The notes under the pieces were generated by a model. That model had not been told where the DNA came from and ran no database searches. It was given only the letters and a program-made list of their open reading frames with translations. Both the position numbers and the translations under genes were made by a program. From positions 25,703-89,702 of the IMG/VR virus record IMGVR_UViG_3300048586_000134: DNA of 64,000 bases, one strand, 5' to 3'. Positions 28,858-37,238 of the stretch are shown here, one piece after another (the stretch's first letter is position 1; each line of letters opens with the position of its first letter). Source of the stretch: a virus (Duplodnaviria > Heunggongvirae > Uroviricota > Caudoviricetes).

Positions 28858-29197
28858 CATCTTCGGCCCCAGCCGCTTGCGCATTCGCTGCCTCCTCCTC
28901 ATGGCGTGCTTCCGCTACCTCAGCGTCAACCGCGATAGGCGGCTCGGAACGGTATTGCGTAGCGCCTTCGTCAACGACGTTTTCGAGAGCAACAGGATCA
29001 ACTGGTGCCTCGGTAAGCGGAACATCGTTCGCTGCTTCGTTCTCTGCCGCAGCTTCCGCTTCACGCGCCTTCATCGCCTCAACATAGGCCAGATCACGCT
29101 CAACATTGGCAATCTGTGGTCTAACACGATCATCACGCTCAATCGGAGTATCGTTTACCACAACTTCAGTATTCTCAGCCATTGTGTTTCCTTTCAT
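28769..29197 (-). CDS. hypothetical highly acidic Ala/Glu-rich protein
   Basis: 142-aa ORF. Confidence 0.4.
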   Translation of the reverse strand: MKGNTMAENTEVVVNDTPIERDDRVRPQIANVERDLAYVEAMKAREAEAAAENEAANDVPLTEAPVDPVALENVVDEGATQYRSEPPIAVDAEVAEARHEEEAANAQAAGAEDDTEYTQTRKRDTKGDYKQARNATENDLEK

Positions 29198-29654
29198 TCA
29201 CGCTCTCCCATGTAAAGTGTTCGAGAGAGACATGATAGTATTCGTTGTTGTCATTCGGGAATCGCCTGACTTCCGAATTGTCACAGATTTCAAGAACTCG
29301 TTCGAATGTCTCAAACGCTACCTGCTTATGACGTGAATCGTACAGGAAGAACCAGAGAGGGGTGTCATCGTTCCATTGGGCCAGATACGGCATGACCTTT
29401 GGCTTGAAGGATTTGATGACCTCCCCTCCCGTTCCTTTTGCATCTACGAGGAAGTGGGTTTTCCCTTCACATAAGAAGTCGGGAGTCGCACGTATAAAGG
29501 GACTGACTTTCGGCAACTTTTTGAATGGTGGCCGATTCAGCCCATATCGTACGAAGCTGATTCCCTTTGCGGTTGCCCACGCCTCGAATTGTGCCTCAGC
29601 TTGATCGCCCATCTTGGCGAGTCGTTGTGTAAAGTGTTGTTCTGAAAATGTCAT
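29175..29654 (-). CDS. hypothetical protein
   Basis: 159-aa ORF. Confidence 0.45.
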   Translation of the reverse strand: MTFSEQHFTQRLAKMGDQAEAQFEAWATAKGISFVRYGLNRPPFKKLPKVSPFIRATPDFLCEGKTHFLVDAKGTGGEVIKSFKPKVMPYLAQWNDDTPLWFFLYDSRHKQVAFETFERVLEICDNSEVRRFPNDNNEYYHVSLEHFTWESVNERKHNG

Positions 29655-29905
29655 TTCTTCGCGATGTCAGTGTCATTCTCACAGGAGCACACAGGGCAAA
29701 TCCATTCTGCCCAAAACTCCCGCCGCTCGAAGCCAAACGGACCAATTTCCTCACTCATTGGAGGATACGGGACGATCTTGTTGAACGTCCAGAACGAACG
29801 CAACTCGATGACAGACGAACACGCTTCACAAGTTAGTTCAGCGGGAATCTCATATGGAATTTCACCCCTGTGAGTGATTTTGTAGTAATGCTCCTTGAGC
29901 GACAT
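29651..29905 (-). CDS. zinc-finger protein
   Basis: CEACSSV..CPVCSCEND. Preceded by RBS AGGAGG and an embedded promoter. Confidence 0.45.
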   Translation of the reverse strand: MSLKEHYYKITHRGEIPYEIPAELTCEACSSVIELRSFWTFNKIVPYPPMSEEIGPFGFERREFWAEWICPVCSCENDTDIAKK

Positions 29906-29916
29906 CGCTGTACCTC

Positions 29917-30615
29917 CTATTCGACTATCTCGTAGTTCCCATCGAAGATCGATTCTACTTCGGGCCAGTCGCGCTTGTCAATGTGCACGGTGCCTGCTTG
30001 GTAGTAACGGTCTCCCGCTGCGATCCACAATTCGATTCGGTGCTTGTCTTCTCCTCGCCAGACACGCGCCTTCAGGATAGACGACTTTACCTGATCGTAG
30101 GGTTCTTCGATGCCGCGTACGGCTCGGATTTCCTGCTTGGCGTCTCTTGTCGTCAAACCCTGCACTCGCTCGGCTGCTTCGATGAACTTCTCTTCCGCGT
30201 TCTCATCAGAGAGAATCGGAAGAAGATCGTACATGGTCGAAACAGGAGGAAGCAGGTTCATAGCGTCGTGCTTCTCAAGAATGGGGAGCGCTTCATCCGC
30301 AATCCGAATCAGATTGTGCGCTGTTCGGTAACTGAGACCAGGGATGTCGGCTGAATCCGCCCATGCGCGAAAGGTTGGATATCCCTTCGCCAGATAGAGC
30401 TTCTCAGCATTGAAGGTTGACAGTGCGCGAGCGAGTTTGAGGTAGTGGATTTCGATGGACTTCGTATGATCTATGATTTGTCCTTCAACCTCTTCGGCTC
30501 GGGCAACATCCTTATCCGTTACCGCTGAAAACGTATCTGCATAGCGCTGAATCTCGCCAGTACCAGGGTCTTTGATCCATTGATCTTTTCCTTCGAGTGT
30601 CATCAACGCCACCAC
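29917..30615 (-). CDS. hypothetical protein
   Basis: 232-aa ORF. Confidence 0.45.
   Translation of the reverse strand: MVALMTLEGKDQWIKDPGTGEIQRYADTFSAVTDKDVARAEEVEGQIIDHTKSIEIHYLKLARALSTFNAEKLYLAKGYPTFRAWADSADIPGLSYRTAHNLIRIADEALPILEKHDAMNLLPPVSTMYDLLPILSDENAEEKFIEAAERVQGLTTRDAKQEIRAVRGIEEPYDQVKSSILKARVWRGEDKHRIELWIAAGDRYYQAGTVHIDKRDWPEVESIFDGNYEIVE
29952..29981 (-). promoter_or_regulatory. embedded promoter TTGACA-18-TAGAAT inside 3' end of 29917..30615
   Basis: Read on the - strand. It is followed by the ATCGATCTTCGAT hairpin and RBS AGGAGG of gene 29651..29905. Confidence 0.45.
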
Positions 30616-31433
30616 ATATCAGGACCGCCGCGCCACTCACGCGTAAAGCGTGCGGCAACAGGAAGCTGCTCCATCAAGCCAATAATCGGTGAACCATCAG
30701 GATCGTTGATGTAGCGTTGATAGTGATGAGGAAGCGCATTGAGACCGAAGTCAACAAGCGCACTATACCACTCATCAATGGTAAGGTTCGCTTCCTCAAG
30801 TTCTTCAATTGTCGTCACAAAAGGCATGTACAGCGATGAATGGTCACGTTCTCGATCAAAGTCGTAGATACTCACCATTGCTGCGTAATCGCCGCGTAGG
30901 GGAGCAAGCCCCATTACCTTGTAATACTGACCAGCTTCCCGCCACGCATCGTCAGTCGGACGAACGAATGCGTTATTCGTGTGCACTCCAAGATGTGTGT
31001 ACGGATCGTCTTCAAAGATCAGTGTCGGCTCGTTACGAACAGTCAGCCAGACATCATCGCGTACACGATCAACCAGAGCGTTCACGGCAGCGCTTGGATC
31101 GACAGCCTCTTCCATTGCATTTGTGAAGTGTGCGTCCCATTTCAATTGCCCCGCCACGCGTGATCCGAACGCACTTGCATCACGCATCTTCGGATATCGC
31201 GCTACGCGAATTAGCATCTTGTTATCTGCGTTGCGGATGTTGAGCGGCGTGTTCGAGCAAAAGGAATGCATGACCTGTTGTCGTAGCTCATCACCAGTCC
31301 ATGCGAGAAGAAGCGGCTTACCTAGTTCGGGTTGTGGCGGTTCTCGCCATGTGTCGTGTGCAGAAGCGATCTGCGGGACAACGGCGGCTGCTCCTGTCGC
31401 AAGTGCGCCTGTGAGGAATGTTCGTCTATCCAT
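30603..31433 (-). CDS. secreted protein with twin-arginine (Tat) signal peptide, function unknown
   Basis: MDRRTFLTGALATGAAAVVPQIASA-HD gives an S/T-RR-x-FL motif, a hydrophobic h-region and an AxA cleavage site. Confidence 0.6.
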   Translation of the reverse strand: MDRRTFLTGALATGAAAVVPQIASAHDTWREPPQPELGKPLLLAWTGDELRQQVMHSFCSNTPLNIRNADNKMLIRVARYPKMRDASAFGSRVAGQLKWDAHFTNAMEEAVDPSAAVNALVDRVRDDVWLTVRNEPTLIFEDDPYTHLGVHTNNAFVRPTDDAWREAGQYYKVMGLAPLRGDYAAMVSIYDFDRERDHSSLYMPFVTTIEELEEANLTIDEWYSALVDFGLNALPHHYQRYINDPDGSPIIGLMEQLPVAARFTREWRGGPDMWWR

Positions 31434-31484
31434 ATCCCCTCCTAACGGAGATGGGGGAGCATATCGCTCCCCCTCCCCATTTAT

Positions 31485-32504
31485 TTACGGCGTGGTGTCG
31501 TCTGCGGGACTGACATCCACGATCCCAAGAACATCGCTCGGCAGGTAGATCACATTGGCCGACGTAATCGCGCCGATGCGCTCATGCTCAAGCAGTTCAG
31601 GGTATTGCTGGTAGGTCGCACCAATCGTCGCATTCGCTTCAGCCTGCGCATTCGCAGAAGAGATGGTGTTCTGGTTGATTGCGTCCTGCTGTGCAATAGA
31701 GACTGCCGCCTGACCTTCCGCTGCGATCAGATCAGCCGCCGCTTGACCTTCTGCTTCGATGCGCTTGCGCTCAGCTTCCTGACGCGCCGTTTCCTGCTGC
31801 GCCTGAACCGCTGACGCTCGTGCAGCTTCCGCTGAAACCTGAGCGATTGCTTGCTCGTACTCGTCACTAAAGTTCGGTCGCTTGATCTGGAAGTTATCGA
31901 TCACCACACCACGAGAGTAGAGATAATCGAAGGCTTCCTGCCAGATAGTCTGGCTGATGGAGTCAAGTTCGCCAGTATAGAGACGGTTCGCGGTGTACTT
32001 GTTCAGTTCGCCAGGGATCATACCGCGAATGTACGACTTGACGATAATCTCGTAGATGCGTTCGTCATTACGAGCACCGTTGCGGAACATTGTTGTAATC
32101 TGGTCGGTTGGCTCACCCTCACGCGTTCCGAGAAGGTGGTACTGAATAATCGCTGTCGCCGTAAAAGGCTGACCGTCTACCGAGTGTGTCGAAATCGCCC
32201 AATCCACGAAGTTCGCCTTGCTGTCGGTATCTTCTGGATTCTCGACAAGCTCAATCGTCTGAAGACGAGCATTGTAGCAATTGTAGTCGGTGATGAATGG
32301 TGTGTTCCAGTGACGGCCAGGTTCGGCAAGCTCGGTCACCTTACCACTCTTGGTGATGACGCAGATTTCACCAGCGCTCACCTTATGGTTTGATGCAAAG
32401 AGCGCCAGAATGCCGAAGAGGACGAGGACAACTCCTGCCACAAGACCAGCAATGGTTCCCGCACTGAGTTCTCCTGTATTATCACTATGGCGACTATACG
32501 ACAT
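31485..32504 (-). CDS. SPFH/band-7 (prohibitin/HflK-like) membrane protein
   Basis: N-terminal TM followed by SPFH-like GEICVITKSGKV..PGRHW..PFI.., then a long Ala/Gln coiled-coil tail. Confidence 0.7.
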   Translation of the reverse strand: MSYSRHSDNTGELSAGTIAGLVAGVVLVLFGILALFASNHKVSAGEICVITKSGKVTELAEPGRHWNTPFITDYNCYNARLQTIELVENPEDTDSKANFVDWAISTHSVDGQPFTATAIIQYHLLGTREGEPTDQITTMFRNGARNDERIYEIIVKSYIRGMIPGELNKYTANRLYTGELDSISQTIWQEAFDYLYSRGVVIDNFQIKRPNFSDEYEQAIAQVSAEAARASAVQAQQETARQEAERKRIEAEGQAAADLIAAEGQAAVSIAQQDAINQNTISSANAQAEANATIGATYQQYPELLEHERIGAITSANVIYLPSDVLGIVDVSPADDTTP

Positions 32505-32521
32505 TTTGTTTCCCTACCTCC

Positions 32522-33220
32522 TTAGTCTCGGCCAGCGACAAAGAGCGCCAGCAGAACTGCGACAATGAACGCGACGACGGCACCCGCCGTCTCCCAAAAG
32601 ATCGTGTCGAATCCCTTGAAGGCCAGAACCAATCCAGCACCGAAGAACCCGAAGAATGTGATAAACGCAAGCGCGTACCACTTCAGACTCGTATCGGACA
32701 AGTCTTCCTCGACGTAGGTTTCAGCATTGTTGTATGCATTACCTACAGTGCTCGAACCACCCGCATAAAGTTCCTCCCCCTCGTCTCGGATGGTGTCGTA
32801 ATATTCTCCGATCTGCTCCTGACGTTCCTCAACCCACTCGGAATCTCTCACGTCCTGAACGGAGTCTACCACATGTTCCCAAACGTTGTCAAGGTGCTCG
32901 GCAATCTGTTCCTTGCTGATTCGTGGTACTTGCGGCCCACTCTCTTCGACAACAGGATCAACAACACTAACCACACGATTCTGCTCGTCAAGGAAGACCG
33001 TTCCAAGTTCTTCCCCTGTCACTGGATCGGTGATCACCTGAGCGGTAACTGCACCAGTCTCCTCATTGACATCTGTGATGGTCAATGGTTCCGTAAATGA
33101 TGCACCAGTGTTGGTCACCACCGTGGCTGCACCAACAGCAGAGCCACTCTCGTCATAAATCACTTCGTCTGTTACTGGCTCAGTTGTCGGGCCAGAGGAC
33201 GACACATCTCGTTGCGTCAC
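32522..33220 (-). CDS. membrane protein (acidic ectodomain, two C-terminal TM helices)
   Basis: C-terminus ..WYALAFITFFGFFGAGLVLAF..AVVAFIVAVLLALFVAG. Confidence 0.5.
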   Translation of the reverse strand: MTQRDVSSSGPTTEPVTDEVIYDESGSAVGAATVVTNTGASFTEPLTITDVNEETGAVTAQVITDPVTGEELGTVFLDEQNRVVSVVDPVVEESGPQVPRISKEQIAEHLDNVWEHVVDSVQDVRDSEWVEERQEQIGEYYDTIRDEGEELYAGGSSTVGNAYNNAETYVEEDLSDTSLKWYALAFITFFGFFGAGLVLAFKGFDTIFWETAGAVVAFIVAVLLALFVAGRD

Positions 33221-33407
33221 GCGCTACCTCCTGACTAATCTCGACTAAATCTTCATTGTAGTCATCGAATGCGTAGTTCTCGGTGTTGTACCCTCCTACT
33301 TCAGCGAATCGATTCCCCTCTCCATCAGAGGATAACACGACGATCATCTCTCCGTCAAGGTCTTTCAGGAGTGCCCTCAATTCCTCAACAGTCATCGTGT
33401 AACCCAA
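33180..33407 (-). CDS. hypothetical acidic protein
   Basis: 75-aa ORF. Confidence 0.35.
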   Translation of the reverse strand: MGYTMTVEELRALLKDLDGEMIVVLSSDGEGNRFAEVGGYNTENYAFDDYNEDLVEISQEVARDATRCVVLWPDN

Positions 33408-33607
33408 TTTACCACATCGGGTTCTTGGATGTCAAGTTCATCGCCGTCGCAGTCGCAATCGTATTCGACGGCATCCAGATCAAACTCAGGAATCCATTCG
33501 GTCGTTCCTGACTTGTTGTCGTGGGTTTGGAGCCATTGCTTGATCGGAATGAAGATCGTCGGCTCTAGGCAATCTCCACAGACCGCTTGTGCGTACTCTT
33601 TCGTCAT
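33392..33607 (-). CDS. zinc-finger protein
   Basis: CGDCLEP..CDCDGD. Confidence 0.35.
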   Translation of the reverse strand: MTKEYAQAVCGDCLEPTIFIPIKQWLQTHDNKSGTTEWIPEFDLDAVEYDCDCDGDELDIQEPDVVNWVTR

Positions 33608-34563
33608 GCGGTCACCTTCTGTCGCTTCAAACTCATTTTCTCCTCTCCGAGAGATGGTGGCGGCTCATCGTCGCCAATCGGCGGGTTATCCCATTTCATA
33701 CGCTCAGGATAGAAGAACATCGACATCTGCGCACCACTCGGTCCCTGACGGTTCTTTGCGATGATGATCTTGGCGTCGTCTTCCACGATATCGCCTAGAT
33801 CGGTACGTCCATAGGATGCCTGCCCCTTGAGCGCCAGATAGTATTGCGGACGGTAGACGAAGATCACCACATGGGCGTCTTCTTCGATTCTACCAGTGTC
33901 CTTCAAGTCTGACAAGGTAGGGAGATTGTCTTCACGATGCTCGACATTGCGATTTAGCTGCGCAACTTCAATGGTTGCCATGCGCATGTCACGCGTGATC
34001 TTTGTAATTTCTTTGACAACATTCGCAACCTTGACGGTCTGGCTTTCGCCTTCGTTGTCGTGAATGATCGATATCTGATCGACGGTGAGAAGATCGATTG
34101 GCTCAACCGCATGCACGGCCTCTACGATACCATAAAGATGCTTACGTGACACAGAGTCATCGCCAATCTTGAACTTCCACTTGCGAATGATTTCCTCAGT
34201 CGAACGCACCTTCTCAAGCTGTTCCTGATCGAGTCGTCCATATTCGATATCGAGTGCGGGAATGCGTGTCATCGCTGACATCATTCTCAGCGCCAGCAAA
34301 CGCGCATCCATTTCCAGCGACAGGTAGAAGACATTGTAGTTCTTCGAGACATGCTCGGAGATGTTCTGAGCAAGAGAAGACTTGCCCATACCTACTCGTC
34401 CTGCGAGAACCATGACGGCTCCATTTCGCAGTCCACCAGTTGCCTCGTCTAGTTTGTGAATTCCCGTAGAATAGCCGATGAGGTTAGAACCACCTTGAGC
34501 GGTGCGCTCTGCAACCTCCGCGAATGTCGTAGTGAACGCATCCTGTAAGGTAATAATCGGCAT
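33604..34563 (-). CDS. DnaB-family replicative helicase (RecA-like C-terminal domain only)
   Basis: Walker A GRVGMGKSS. DnaB_C-like motifs through ..VIFVYRPQYY. Confidence 0.75.
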   Translation of the reverse strand: MPIITLQDAFTTTFAEVAERTAQGGSNLIGYSTGIHKLDEATGGLRNGAVMVLAGRVGMGKSSLAQNISEHVSKNYNVFYLSLEMDARLLALRMMSAMTRIPALDIEYGRLDQEQLEKVRSTEEIIRKWKFKIGDDSVSRKHLYGIVEAVHAVEPIDLLTVDQISIIHDNEGESQTVKVANVVKEITKITRDMRMATIEVAQLNRNVEHREDNLPTLSDLKDTGRIEEDAHVVIFVYRPQYYLALKGQASYGRTDLGDIVEDDAKIIIAKNRQGPSGAQMSMFFYPERMKWDNPPIGDDEPPPSLGEEKMSLKRQKVTA

Positions 34564-35279
34564 TATAACTCCCTGTACACTACTTCGTCAAGTCCGCGCT
34601 CGACCTTCTTGTTTGACTTGCCAAACTTGGCATTCTGGTAAAGGGCGTAGATGGTTCTGATCGGATTCTCACTGAGATGGGCTTTCCCACGCCAGAGCAT
34701 CTTGGTTCGCTCTGGTCCGTAGCCTTCAACAATCTCGGAGACGGCCCAAATCTCGAACGGCGACAAGCCTCTCCCAAGGTCTCTCTCAATTTCATCAACG
34801 ATCAACCGTTCCTCACCCTTGAGAATGGATGTGAGTCCACTCGATGACTTGACCTGACCGCGTTGTGTATCAGTCGCAATCCTGCGCAATTCTTTTTCAA
34901 TTGTCGCGATCTTGGTCTGGTCAGTGTTATCGTAGGTGAATGGAATCGGCTTCGCATCTCGCCCTAACCAGAATGGGCTGACCTGAATATCGTACCGATT
35001 GGAACGTTTGGTCAGCACAATGAAGTGTTCGATAGTTGGTTGTGTTTTGCGATCAGGATGGTTATTCGCATTCGGATCGCTGAGCCACAACAAGGCTCGT
35101 GCGGTGGATTCTACACCAAGATCGGCGGTACGTGCAAGCTCGGTGATGGACAGGCCGACTTTCGTGGTTAGCTGTAGTCGGTGTCTATCCATCAACACGA
35201 GCAAGACGCGGAGCGCATCGGACGGCATGTACGGTAATGCATCAATCAATTCGGGACGTAACGACATACCGTCCGACAC
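34563..35279 (-). CDS. DnaD-domain replication initiation / helicase-loader protein with N-terminal wHTH
   Basis: DnaD-domain hallmark ..GLSPFEIWAVSEIVEGYGPE..IYALYQN. Its ATGA overlap links it to the helicase gene. Confidence 0.6.
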   Translation of the reverse strand: MSDGMSLRPELIDALPYMPSDALRVLLVLMDRHRLQLTTKVGLSITELARTADLGVESTARALLWLSDPNANNHPDRKTQPTIEHFIVLTKRSNRYDIQVSPFWLGRDAKPIPFTYDNTDQTKIATIEKELRRIATDTQRGQVKSSSGLTSILKGEERLIVDEIERDLGRGLSPFEIWAVSEIVEGYGPERTKMLWRGKAHLSENPIRTIYALYQNAKFGKSNKKVERGLDEVVYREL

Positions 35280-35299
35280 TGCTCACCTCCCTCTCAAGG

Positions 35300-35965
35300 C
35301 TAGAATGCTGCGCCCTCCAACTGCTTCAGCCATTGCGTGACCTGTGCGTTGTTGAGCTTCTGGTAGTCAACTCCGTAGGCGCTCTGTGACGCCTTGTTTG
35401 CCTCAGCGATGTTGGTGGCAATCCCGCGCTTCTTGAGCGCATCCGTCAGCTTGGCGCGATCATTTGGCGAAGCTGCCGATGTCGGCCCAGGCTGCGATGC
35501 AGCGTTACCGTCGTCATCCTCAGCCGCAAGCGACAGGATCGACAGGATACCATATCGACGGAAGTAGGTGATTGCTCCGCCCATCTTCTGCGGGTTGTTT
35601 GGTTCGGCGCACGGCACGAGCGAACGACTCGAAAATTGCTGGTTCGTCGGAATATGAATCAGTACGGTGTCAAGCACCTGATTTCCAAGCTCGTCAACTC
35701 CCAGCGGTTGCAGAATAAGAATGTCGTTGGCAAGAAGCGTATCAACGACCGTTTCCAGCACGCTCTGAAGTGTTGCGTACTTGGTCCCCTTGAATGCACC
35801 ATTCGCTGCATCTTTGCGGACTGGCCCCATCTGTCTCAACGCATTGGCAAGCGCTTGCGGAAGTCCTGATGCCTTCTGCGGTTCGGGCGCAACAACAGGC
35901 ACCTGCTCCGCTTCAAGATTCTCAGTCACATCCGTCTCCGCTGCCTTAGCGATTCCTCTCGGCAT
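35300..35965 (-). CDS. erf: ERF-family single-strand annealing recombinase
   Basis: ..KYATLQSVLETVVDTLLANDILI..GGAITYFRRYGILSILSLAAEDDDGNAA matches the P22 Erf family signature. Confidence 0.8.
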   Translation of the reverse strand: MPRGIAKAAETDVTENLEAEQVPVVAPEPQKASGLPQALANALRQMGPVRKDAANGAFKGTKYATLQSVLETVVDTLLANDILILQPLGVDELGNQVLDTVLIHIPTNQQFSSRSLVPCAEPNNPQKMGGAITYFRRYGILSILSLAAEDDDGNAASQPGPTSAASPNDRAKLTDALKKRGIATNIAEANKASQSAYGVDYQKLNNAQVTQWLKQLEGAAF

Positions 35966-36040
35966 ACTTGTTAGCCTCCTAACTCTAGAAACATTTCACT
36001 TATTCAGTGCACCCCACATGGAGACTGAAGCATGCGTCCA

Positions 36041-36094
36041 GTTTCTAGGTAGAGAAGAAAGAATACTAGTATTCTTTCTTCTCTACCTAGAAAC
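36041..36094. repeat. 54-bp perfect palindrome (27-bp arms, centre ACTAGT)
   Basis: GTTTCTAGGTAGAGAAGAAAGAATACT|AGTATTCTTTCTTCTCTACCTAGAAAC, read directly. It sits in the 300-bp gap between the erf and sigma-like genes. Confidence 0.9.
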
Positions 36095-36107
36095 AGACAC
36101 CCTGCAT

Positions 36108-36131
36108 ACTATCATATGCGGACGCTTGCAA
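36108..36131 (-). promoter_or_regulatory. second-class promoter-like motif TTGCAAGCGTCCGCATATGATAGTAT (extended -10 TGATAGTAT)
   Basis: The core CAAGCnT.CCGCATATGATAGT recurs upstream of Ro60 (63251-63272). A related GCGCATATGGTAGTAT occurs at ~43080-43100. Confidence 0.4.
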
Positions 36132-36261
36132 ATTGGCGACATTCCTCTCAGAACGTTGTGGCGTGCACTGATTTCGTTTGAAAACGTCTAGCACTTATGG
36201 CTATCTCGTTACCGATAATGTCCCGTATGAATTTATTCGTTTTTTAGAGGAATATTTTCGT

Positions 36262-36795
36262 TTACGGGAGAGCGAGTGCCAGACCAGTCTTCGCACGGTA
36301 GCGTTCCAGTTTCTTCTGCTCGGCCTTGGTGATGCTGATACCAGCGTCACGCCGCTGCCAGATGTCGATGAAGAAGTCAACTGCTTCACGCTTGTCCTCT
36401 GGCAGATCAGCGAGTGCCGTCTGTAGCATGTCCATGTCAAGCACTTGCTCGAAGTCCTTGCCAGCGCTCGGATCAGCGATGTCGAAGATCGGTGAGTCCT
36501 CGATTGCCGATAGCTGTTCGATGGAGTCCACTCTCGCCTTCGGCTTCTCTGGATTTTCGCCGTACTTCTTTCGCCACATTTGCGTCCGCGCCTGCTGAAT
36601 CGCTCGGACAAGCAGACCAGCATCGTCCTTGAAGAACTCCTCGATGCTCATACCCTTTTCCCAAATCTTGCCTTGTTTCTCAAGGGTTTTCTTGGCGCTG
36701 AGAATACCCTCCTGAATGTAGTCCTTGCGCTCGTCATCCATCGTTTCTTCACTCGGCACCGATGCATTGATCAGGTTGACAAATTTGTTGTTCAC
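36262..36795 (-). CDS. sigma-70-family-like transcription factor (region-4-like C-terminus)
   Basis: The C-terminus ..ALADLPEDKREAVDFFIDIW..GISITKAEQKKLERYRAK resembles sigma region 4. Size is ECF-like. Assignment is tentative. Confidence 0.4.
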   Translation of the reverse strand: MNNKFVNLINASVPSEETMDDERKDYIQEGILSAKKTLEKQGKIWEKGMSIEEFFKDDAGLLVRAIQQARTQMWRKKYGENPEKPKARVDSIEQLSAIEDSPIFDIADPSAGKDFEQVLDMDMLQTALADLPEDKREAVDFFIDIWQRRDAGISITKAEQKKLERYRAKTGLALALP

Positions 36796-37073
36796 GCCTC
36801 TCCCTCCGTACTGTCGATAATAACGCCAGTGCTTTTCAGCGGCTCGTCTTCCGAATAATTCTCGAAATCCAGTCTTGTATTGCCGCGCCAGACACTCACC
36901 TCTGGAAAGAGGTCCGCAATCGATACGAGCGTCAGGAAGGCTTGGTCGCGATCCAGCCAGACCGCGACCTCATCCTTTCCTTCGTATTCCGTGTTGCTCT
37001 CGAACGTCAGTGCTCGCTCGATGTTGAGGATGTCTGTTCGGACGAAGAGGCTGACTTTCGGCTTAGAATCCAT
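36792..37073 (-). CDS. hypothetical protein (start MDSKPK..)
   Basis: RBS GGGAGGAACAGCGAAC precedes the ATG. Preceded by a promoter at 37151-37179. Confidence 0.45.
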   Translation of the reverse strand: MDSKPKVSLFVRTDILNIERALTFESNTEYEGKDEVAVWLDRDQAFLTLVSIADLFPEVSVWRGNTRLDFENYSEDEPLKSTGVIIDSTEGEA

Positions 37074-37150
37074 GTTCGCTGTTCCTCCCAAATGGCTTGA
37101 GGGGTCTCACGCTTCTCGAAGAACCCCCTGATGTACTGTCCATCGGACAC

Positions 37151-37179
37151 AATATATCCGTCCCACCCTGACTTGTCAA
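37151..37179 (-). promoter_or_regulatory. sigma70-like promoter TTGACA-17-TATATT
   Basis: Read on the - strand. It lies inside the track ORF 37007..37519, which is therefore rejected as a gene. Confidence 0.5.
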
Positions 37180-37238
37180 GGTGACATCGGGCGTACAGAT
37201 AATACCGTACGCCCTCATGCTCGAATGGTGTGTAGGCG

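Noticed and set aside
32889-32894. TTGACA-18-TAGACT inside gene 32522..33220 and TTGACA-18-TATTGT inside 8350..8688
   Set aside because: Both lie mid-gene and in-frame with coding sequence, with no downstream start. About one chance -35/-10 pair is expected in 128 kb of strand.
36041-36094. 54-bp palindrome as a conventional bidirectional rho-independent terminator
   Set aside because: The stem is AT-rich with no flanking U/A runs, unlike the clear terminator at 5677-5730. A cruciform or protein-binding role was preferred.
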